Shown one piece after another: positions 57,424 to 64,000 of a stretch of DNA of 64,000 bases. Made by a program: the position numbers and the translations under genes. This stretch comes from a virus (lineage: Duplodnaviria; Caudoviricetes). The first letter of the stretch is position 1. Every line of letters starts with the position of its first letter. The DNA lies in IMG/VR virus record IMGVR_UViG_3300043205_000005, positions 2,532 to 66,531 of that record, one strand, 5' to 3'. The notes beneath the pieces are model-generated. The model did not search any database. It had not been told where the DNA came from and saw nothing but the letters and a program-made list of their open reading frames with translations.

Positions 57424-57750
57424 ATGAGCGGAAAATCTCGTTTACAGCGCGCCAAAGGTGGCCGCACTGGTTTGGTTGCATCTGGGAATCCGGATGTGAT
57501 CAAGGAGGCCGAAGGCAAAGAAGAATACGCCAAGGGAGATGAAAGAAAGCGCGGCGGTCGTGCCAAGAAAAAGAACGGTGGTAAGGTCATTGGGCTCATG
57601 ACTGGCGGTGGTGTGAAACCTCGGCTGGATCGTCCTGGTCGCAAGCGTGGTGGGGCTGTGGGAGCGGATAGGTCTCCGCTGTCGAGTGCTCATTCTCATG
57701 CGAAGGCTGGGTCGGCTCCTGCGGAGGAAGAAGGCGGAATGCCGGATTAG
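57424..57750 (+). CDS. Basic GG-motif protein
   Basis: Five xxGG motifs; stop TAG overlaps a repeat element. Confidence 0.55.
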   Translation: MSGKSRLQRAKGGRTGLVASGNPDVIKEAEGKEEYAKGDERKRGGRAKKKNGGKVIGLMTGGGVKPRLDRPGRKRGGAVGADRSPLSSAHSHAKAGSAPAEEEGGMPD

Positions 57751-57791
57751 TCACGAGGCGTCCTTTGGGCTGTGAGACCGGACTCGGTCAC
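57750..57791 (+). repeat. Bipartite element, long form
   Basis: GTCACGAGGCGTCCTTTGGGCTGTGAGACCGGACTCGGTCAC; spacing 37. Confidence 0.9.
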
Positions 57792-57814
57792 CATTCTGCC
57801 GAGAGTGAAAGAAG

Positions 57815-58078
57815 ATGAAGCTGACAGCAAAGAAACGAAACTCGCTGCCAGCTTCTGATTTTGCGGGGCCGGGAAGGTCTTATCCGGTGAATAATCTGAG
57901 TCACGCTCGTAACGCCTTGGCTCGTGCGAGTGGCAACGCCGGACCTGGACTAAAAGCAAAAATTCGCGCCAAAGTGCATAAAAAATTTCCCGGCATCAAA
58001 CAGCACGACGAATCGCGGATGAAAATGGACGGCGGCGCGGTCAGGCACCGTATGGATCGAGCGCCGCGCAAACACTAG
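57815..58078 (+). CDS. Basic hypothetical protein
   Basis: RSYPVNNLSHARNALARA; MDGGAV motif. Confidence 0.55.
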   Translation: MKLTAKKRNSLPASDFAGPGRSYPVNNLSHARNALARASGNAGPGLKAKIRAKVHKKFPGIKQHDESRMKMDGGAVRHRMDRAPRKH

Positions 58079-58090
58079 AAGGGCGCGAGG

Positions 58091-58744
58091 ATGCAGCCGG
58101 TCGTCGTCAATAATTACAATCTCGTTGCCGGCAACGCGACAAGCCTTATCAACGCTGCGGCGGCGACGACGAGTGCACTATTGCTCGCAACAACTCTGGT
58201 GCCTGGCGTCTGGCAGCGGCGGGTTCTTGTCACATCGAGCGGTAATGATTCCGCGATTTATTTTCATATCATCGGAACCAATCAAGCTGGGTTTGGCGCT
58301 GCGGAATATCTTGGTGGCGCGAATGCAACTTCGATTCAATCCAATCTCGATTATCTGACCGTCGCTTCGGTTACGCCCTCCAATTCGTCGGTCGCGCAGA
58401 CCGTTGCGAGTACCGCGGCTACGGTATCGGTTGGCGTGAATGGTGTGGGATCGTCTCTCTGGAATATCGTGAATTGGTATACGACGCCTTCAAATATTGC
58501 GTATAGCTGTGTTCTCGCGTCCGGCGCGGCTACATTCTCTATCCAGTACACCTATGATGATCCAAATAATCTGCCTGCTGGCGTATTCTATCCGCAACCG
58601 TTCAACCATCCGACAATCGTGAATGCAACGGCGTCGATCGATGGGGCCTCCAACGATCCTCTGACCGCGTGGCGTTTGCAAATTCTCGCTGGCACGGGAT
58701 CGGTGCGCGCTACCGGGATTCAATCCGGACTTGGGAGTCCGTAA
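58091..58744 (+). CDS. Virion structural protein
   Basis: Beta-rich, Ser/Thr/Ala-rich. Confidence 0.5.
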   Translation: MQPVVVNNYNLVAGNATSLINAAAATTSALLLATTLVPGVWQRRVLVTSSGNDSAIYFHIIGTNQAGFGAAEYLGGANATSIQSNLDYLTVASVTPSNSSVAQTVASTAATVSVGVNGVGSSLWNIVNWYTTPSNIAYSCVLASGAATFSIQYTYDDPNNLPAGVFYPQPFNHPTIVNATASIDGASNDPLTAWRLQILAGTGSVRATGIQSGLGSP

Positions 58745-59334
58745 TGGCTGATCCGGGAGGCAACAACTCAGGAAATGCAGGCGGGGCGGCTGGTGCGGCT
58801 GGTGGAGATTTGTCGGGGACGTTTCCAAATCCGACTGTTGCCAAGAGCAATGGCGTCGCTATTGGGCCTGCCGGAACTGCCTTGGCTGGGCAGATACCTG
58901 GCAGCGCGACAAACGACGCGGCGTCCGCAGGGAATATCGGAGAATTTACGAGTATTTCGCTGGCGTCAGGATCGGCTATCGTGCTTGCGACTGGAACGGC
59001 AACCTCAATTCTGGCACTCCCTCTCACGGCAGGCGATTGGGATGTTTGGGGTTCGGGTGTTGTTCACGCAGGGGCCGCGATCACGGTGTTCACATCGCTC
59101 ACTGTTGGCATCAGTACAGCTTCGAATACCGCCCTTCCAGGGCTTGTCTCCGGGGCGCAGACGCAGGTTGGGTTGGGTGCTGGGCTTACCGGCATAGCTG
59201 ACACCGCAGTGAATGTGGGGCCTGCCAGGGTGAGCTTAGCGGCCTCTGGGACAGCGTTTCTTAATGGGTCTTTTGCCTTTGCAACATCCACGGCGGCTGT
59301 CTACGGAGTGATGCAAGCTCGGCGGCGGCGATGA
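58744..59334 (+). CDS. Tail-fibre-like structural protein
   Basis: GGDLSGTFPNPTV; SLTAGDWDVWG. Confidence 0.5.
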   Translation: MADPGGNNSGNAGGAAGAAGGDLSGTFPNPTVAKSNGVAIGPAGTALAGQIPGSATNDAASAGNIGEFTSISLASGSAIVLATGTATSILALPLTAGDWDVWGSGVVHAGAAITVFTSLTVGISTASNTALPGLVSGAQTQVGLGAGLTGIADTAVNVGPARVSLAASGTAFLNGSFAFATSTAAVYGVMQARRRR

Positions 59335-60149
59335 CCGATCCGAACGGTACAAACACGGCGGCAATCGGGGGGCCGTTCAGTCCCGCCAATGGGGTTCCTA
59401 CGGGATCGAATACATCGACAAGTTCGTCTAGTCCTCCGGTGGTGACTGGTAATTCGCTGATCTTCACGTCAGCGTCGTCGCAATATCTAACCAACACAGG
59501 TAAGGTGACGGCCAGCCAACAAAAATTCACATTCTCGCTCTGGATAAAGCGAGCAAGTATAGGCAATGTTCAGCAATTTCTGTCCTTTGGGGACGGCACC
59601 AATAACATATTCTCGGCACGCTTTACAGCCGGTAATGTGCTGATAATTTCTGGCACTGTCGGCGGCTCAACTGTATCGACGCTGAGTACGACCGCCACTT
59701 TTACAGACACGTCTAATTGGCATCACTTCCTTATTGCTGTGGACACCACGCAGGTCACCGCAGCCAACAGCGTGCAACTTTTTTTTGATGGCACGCTGGT
59801 GGCTGCTTTTAGCACAGCCACATATCCGGCGCAGAACACAAACTTTGGCAACAATAGCGCATCGACGTTTTTCATTGGCGCGAACTTTACGCCAGCCAAT
59901 TTCTTCAACGGCAAGCTGGCGCAGGTCTATTATATCGACGGACAGCAACTCACCCCAACTTCTTTTATCAGTGGAACGCCTGGACTTCCCATCAGCTATA
60001 CCGGAACGTATAGTGGTACGTTCGACTTTTTTCTGTCATTCTCAAATGGTGCTTCAACAGTTACGCTTGGGGCCGATGGGTCGGGTGAGGGGAATAACTG
60101 GACCTTGAATAACATGACGACGGCGAATCAGAGTACGGATTATCCGTGA
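59331..60149 (+). CDS. LamG/ConA-like lectin-domain protein
   Basis: FTFSLWIKR..WHHFLIAVD..FNGKLAQVYYIDG. Confidence 0.7.
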   Translation: MTDPNGTNTAAIGGPFSPANGVPTGSNTSTSSSSPPVVTGNSLIFTSASSQYLTNTGKVTASQQKFTFSLWIKRASIGNVQQFLSFGDGTNNIFSARFTAGNVLIISGTVGGSTVSTLSTTATFTDTSNWHHFLIAVDTTQVTAANSVQLFFDGTLVAAFSTATYPAQNTNFGNNSASTFFIGANFTPANFFNGKLAQVYYIDGQQLTPTSFISGTPGLPISYTGTYSGTFDFFLSFSNGASTVTLGADGSGEGNNWTLNNMTTANQSTDYP

Positions 60150-60844
60150 TGGCTTCGAGTGGCACCTACGGGTTTTCTCCCTCGAACGGTGAGCTTGTGC
60201 TTGCCGCTTACGAGCGCGTGCAGATTCGCGCGCCGGAGTTGCGCCAAGAGCACATGGCGTCGGCGCGGCGTGAATTGAACTTTCTTTTCTCTGGTTGGTC
60301 GAATTTTACCCCCAATTTGTGGACCGTGATTCGCACGCAAACCGTGCTGGTGCCCGGCACGGCGACATATTCTATCCCGGCGCAGACGATCATGATCTTG
60401 GACGCTTCGATTGTTTTGAACTTTGGCACTGCGCAGGAATCGCGTCGCTACATCACGCCGATCTCGCGCACGGAATATCTTAGCTACGCTAATCAGCAAA
60501 CACCTGGCCCCGCTTCGGTCTATTGGTTTGATCGCGTGATTGCTCCGACCATTACGTTCTATCCCGTGCCGGATTCGAATGGGCCTTACACGTTCGACTA
60601 CTTTTCGTGTTTGCAGATTCAGGATGCAAACTTACCGGCGGGGGAAACGCCGAACGTTCCCTACAGGTGGTTCGACGCAATCGTAGCCGGAATGGCTCAT
60701 AGGCTTTCACGGATTTACGCGCCGACACTTGAGCCGATTCGCAAAGCCGACGCGGAGGATGCGTGGAGAATAGCGGCCACGCAAGACACCGAAAACGTAC
60801 CGCTCGTTCTGGCGCCGAGCCTCAGTTCGTATTATAGGAATTGA
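60146..60844 (+). CDS. Head-tail adaptor protein
   Basis: MASSGTY..AYER..SARRELNFLFSGWSN..NLWT. Confidence 0.6.
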   Translation: MMASSGTYGFSPSNGELVLAAYERVQIRAPELRQEHMASARRELNFLFSGWSNFTPNLWTVIRTQTVLVPGTATYSIPAQTIMILDASIVLNFGTAQESRRYITPISRTEYLSYANQQTPGPASVYWFDRVIAPTITFYPVPDSNGPYTFDYFSCLQIQDANLPAGETPNVPYRWFDAIVAGMAHRLSRIYAPTLEPIRKADAEDAWRIAATQDTENVPLVLAPSLSSYYRN

Positions 60845-61260
60845 CCATGCGCCCTCACCCACGACGCGCCAGAACGAATGCAACATCACCCGACGCCTGG
60901 GCGACAGATGACAAATCGGGCTTCGTCGGCAATCAAAAAGACCTGTGCTGGCAATACGAATGGGCTGGCACAAAACTTATCAATAAGCGAATACTGTGCT
61001 TTCCGGATCAGTTGGACATTCCGAACCGCCAACTCGGTAGCATCATCCTCCCTCCCGATCCGGTCTCAATCCCCAACGCGCGCCCCGAACCCTATCCGAT
61101 CGACGAGGTATGGGAACGCATGATGGAGTCTTCTACCGAGCCCGGTGGAAATAACGCTTTACCGCGCTACTTGGAAACCACGACAACGGGGAGAAATCCT
61201 CCGATGATGTCGCGTTCGCTGGAAACCTCGACGATTTATATGCAGGCGCCGACCTCGTAA
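60841..61260 (+). CDS. Conserved head-tail module hypothetical protein
   Basis: DDKSGF..WQYEWAG..DIPNRQL..PDP..NARPE. Confidence 0.5.
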   Translation: MTMRPHPRRARTNATSPDAWATDDKSGFVGNQKDLCWQYEWAGTKLINKRILCFPDQLDIPNRQLGSIILPPDPVSIPNARPEPYPIDEVWERMMESSTEPGGNNALPRYLETTTTGRNPPMMSRSLETSTIYMQAPTS

Positions 61261-63413
61261 TGGCGAACCCTCCAACATATCCGAGCGATGGGCGTCTCAC
61301 GACGCTGCAAAACTTTACCGGATCGTTTACCGGCGGCGAATTGTTTGAAGTTGTGTCTCCAGGAAATGCGTCGCTGGGGGTAAATTACAATATCACGACG
61401 CAACTACTCGCCAATCAATTGGCGGGACTGTCCACGACGATTCTCACAGTGCCGAAAGGTGGAACGAACACATCTGTCCTCGGCACTGGCTTGCTGCTCG
61501 GCAACGGGACGGCGGCGGTGAGTTTTGTTCCTGCGACCACGGCAAATCTTCTTCTCACGAGTCAGGGCAGCACGTCCCCGCCGGCATGGGCGGCGTTCAC
61601 CACGGCGGATTTTGCTGCGCAGAGCCCGAACACAGTGCTTGCGGGGCCGGCGTCTGGGGTGGCGACCGCTGCCCCTGCGTTTCGCGCGCTGGTACCTTTG
61701 GACCTGCCAGGGCTGGTCCGAAACGCAGTAGCGTCTTCGTACACTGTCGCTACGACGGATATAAATAAACTTATCGGCTTGAGTGTTGCTTCGACCGGAT
61801 TGCCGTTTGTTCTGTCCCTTACCGCTGCGAGTAATTATACATCGAGTTTTATAACGACTGTCTATAACGAAAGTACCACGCGCGGCTGGGCAATTGCCCC
61901 GAACGGCGTAGCAACGTTTATATTATGGCCGTTGCAGACCGTGCAGATTTTCAATGACAATAATAATTGGAAACTATCACCTAATACACAGCAATGGGTT
62001 ATTCCAAATAACACAACTTTCAACGTCGATAATGTGAATGGTACGAACAGCGTGGCCAACGATGGGCTTGGCGCTCAAGGAACAAACGGATGTTTTGTAA
62101 CCGCGCAAAATGCTATAAGCGTGCTGCAAACAATGGCTGGCGCACAATATGGCGGCGTCGTCAATATTCAAATGCCGCCAGTTACTTCGACTGCAATTGT
62201 TGAACAGCTTCTTTTTAATGGAGCGATGCCTCCGGGTGTATCGTCTTTGAACTTTTTGGGGAATACTTCCACCGCAAGCAATTGTCAGTGGCAATTGACC
62301 AACGGGGCCACCGCCATAAGTTTAACTGATTATCAATCGGTAACTGTTAATGGATTTGGGTTCAGTTGTGCAGGTACAGGTAGCGCAACGTTTATTGGTT
62401 CCGGGCAATATTGCATTGTAGATATTAGGAACAATAATTTCGGCGCGAATGGGTCCGGTGTTGCTATAAAGGGCGATGTTGGAGCGAAGATAAATGTTTT
62501 ACCGGGAAACACCATTAGCGGCGGTTGCGGCCAATTTTTACAATTACTACGACGGGCCAACGTTGCCGCAAACTCCCCGATCAACGTCGTGGGTACGTCT
62601 AATATTGGTATTTTTGCTAATATCAACATAGGTGCATTGCTTGACGTGACAAATCTGAGCTTTACCGGGAACACAACGGGGCTCAGTGGTCAGCAATTTC
62701 TGGTGAGGGATGGTGGAATTATCACTGGCGACAGTGGGGTATCCTGGCCTGTCGGTATGTCCGCTGGCACGACTTCAACGGGTGGCCTCTCCGACGCGGG
62801 ACTAACCAATTCCGCGCTGGCGCAGATGAACGCCAGCACGCTCAAGGGCAATAATACGAATGCCTTGGGTGCGCCAATTGATCTGACCGGAAGTCAAGTT
62901 GCGGGGATTACCGAACAGGGTCTTACACTGTTAAATGTTGTGCAAGCCAACGGCAGTATCTCGATGCAGGACACATCGAGTTTTAGTGCTGCATACAATA
63001 GCTATCTGGTTATAGTCGATAACATTCTTCCAAACACCAGCAGTGTCAGTGTGCAAGGTCTATTCCAACTTGCAGGAGCCTTTCAGACCGCAACTTATGT
63101 GAATTCCGCGGGAGGCGCGACCACTTACATGGATTTGATTGGAGGGGGTCTTACAAATATTGCCACCACCGCCGGCTACGGCTATAGTGCGCAATTCTCT
63201 ATTCCCAATGTCAATTCAACTGCTTCGTTCAAATATCTTTACGCACGAATGAATGTTTATTTCAATAGTGCTGGGGCAATCGAGTCGGGAAATAATATTG
63301 GTGGGGTTTGGAACGGCACAACAAACGTTGCAGTTACTGGATTAAAAATTCAACTTTCCTCGGGAACGATGACGGGAGATATGTTGATCTATGGCTATCG
63401 AACGGCACTTTAG
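61260..63413 (+). CDS. Tail fibre / tailspike
   Basis: 717 aa; VPKGGTNT, PAFRALVPLDLP, beta-helix-like low-GC C-terminal half. Confidence 0.7.
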   Translation: MANPPTYPSDGRLTTLQNFTGSFTGGELFEVVSPGNASLGVNYNITTQLLANQLAGLSTTILTVPKGGTNTSVLGTGLLLGNGTAAVSFVPATTANLLLTSQGSTSPPAWAAFTTADFAAQSPNTVLAGPASGVATAAPAFRALVPLDLPGLVRNAVASSYTVATTDINKLIGLSVASTGLPFVLSLTAASNYTSSFITTVYNESTTRGWAIAPNGVATFILWPLQTVQIFNDNNNWKLSPNTQQWVIPNNTTFNVDNVNGTNSVANDGLGAQGTNGCFVTAQNAISVLQTMAGAQYGGVVNIQMPPVTSTAIVEQLLFNGAMPPGVSSLNFLGNTSTASNCQWQLTNGATAISLTDYQSVTVNGFGFSCAGTGSATFIGSGQYCIVDIRNNNFGANGSGVAIKGDVGAKINVLPGNTISGGCGQFLQLLRRANVAANSPINVVGTSNIGIFANINIGALLDVTNLSFTGNTTGLSGQQFLVRDGGIITGDSGVSWPVGMSAGTTSTGGLSDAGLTNSALAQMNASTLKGNNTNALGAPIDLTGSQVAGITEQGLTLLNVVQANGSISMQDTSSFSAAYNSYLVIVDNILPNTSSVSVQGLFQLAGAFQTATYVNSAGGATTYMDLIGGGLTNIATTAGYGYSAQFSIPNVNSTASFKYLYARMNVYFNSAGAIESGNNIGGVWNGTTNVAVTGLKIQLSSGTMTGDMLIYGYRTAL

Positions 63414-64000
63414 ATGCTCAACTACACCCAATTCGTAAATTCACTCTCCAACCTTCTCGTGGTGCCAGCGAGTGATTCCGGATTCCAGTTGGCTCTTCCA
63501 AATATCATCGACGACGCGGAGCAGAGGCTTTATCGCGAACTGCAATTACTCAATACAACCGTGCGGGACTCGTCCATCACCTTCACGACAAATACGCGCA
63601 CGTTCAATCTGCCGTCCGCGCAAGGCACGTTCTATGTGGTGGATTCGATCTATGCTATCACCCCTGCCGGTGTGTCCAATCCCGATCTAGGGACTCATAA
63701 TTATCTCACTCCCGCGTCGCGGTCGTTTATCGACGCGCTGTTTCCAAGTTCTGTCGGGTCGGGTGTGCCGGCATACTTCGCACCAACAACGCAGAATGCT
63801 TACATCGTCGGGCCATGGCCGGATCAGGCTTATCAGGCGGAAGTGGTGGGGACGATTCGTCCGCCAGCGCTCTCAACGACGAATGTGACGACGCTCCTAT
63901 CGTGGTATTTTCCTGACCTGTGGATAGCCGCGTCGATGGTTTTCGGAACGGGCTACCAACAAAACTTTGGGGCATCCGGCGCGGTCGATAATCCGGCGAT
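63414..64000 (+). CDS. Tail tubular/adaptor protein (partial, runs off the window)
   Basis: ATG at 63414; MLNYTQFVNSL..IIDDAEQRLYRELQL; no stop before window end. Confidence 0.55.
   Translation, partial: MLNYTQFVNSLSNLLVVPASDSGFQLALPNIIDDAEQRLYRELQLLNTTVRDSSITFTTNTRTFNLPSAQGTFYVVDSIYAITPAGVSNPDLGTHNYLTPASRSFIDALFPSSVGSGVPAYFAPTTQNAYIVGPWPDQAYQAEVVGTIRPPALSTTNVTTLLSWYFPDLWIAASMVFGTGYQQNFGASGAVDNPA

Noticed and set aside
7058-57791. CRISPR array interpretation of the repeated motif
   Set aside because: Copies are dispersed over 50 kb in both orientations with no regular repeat-spacer period, and no cas genes are evident.
7058-57791. Classical integron attC or Xer dif sites
   Set aside because: No RYYYAAC/GTTRRRY boxes, not all in one orientation, and no resemblance to the 28-bp dif consensus.
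1-64000. Diversity-generating retroelement, tRNA or rRNA genes, alternative genetic code
   Set aside because: No reverse-transcriptase motif, no TR/VR pair, no cloverleaf recognised, and core genes are uninterrupted in the standard code.

Overview
A 64-kb segment of a tailed dsDNA phage or prophage with podovirus-like organisation. The host is probably a Hyphomicrobiales (Bradyrhizobium-like) alphaproteobacterium, inferred from an encoded 'AADMPLKAP'-type outer-membrane protein and a DUF3309 protein. Layout: 1-15167 (+) internal virion/DNA-ejection, lysis and accessory genes; 15186-29677 (-) early accessory/recombination genes including a tyrosine recombinase; divergent promoters at about 29700-29810; 29814-64000 (+) regulators, methyltransferase, replication protein, terminases, portal, GroES-like protein, a sugar-modification cassette, capsid, head-tail and tail genes. 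The main unexplained feature is a dispersed family of about 20 clear and about 8 degenerate 32-45-bp bipartite elements (consensus GTCACGAGAG-Nx-TGA-Ny-CCGG-Nz-CGGTCA[A/C], mainly two fixed lengths). They sit at gene junctions, often as inverted pairs bracketing accessory genes, and coincide with polar C/A versus G/T strand skew. Also notable: a leader with three GCGCC-loop hairpins before the capsid genes, a 44-bp direct repeat at the recombinase 3' end, and a duplicated leftward promoter module. All family assignments come from motif recognition by eye; no database searches were run.
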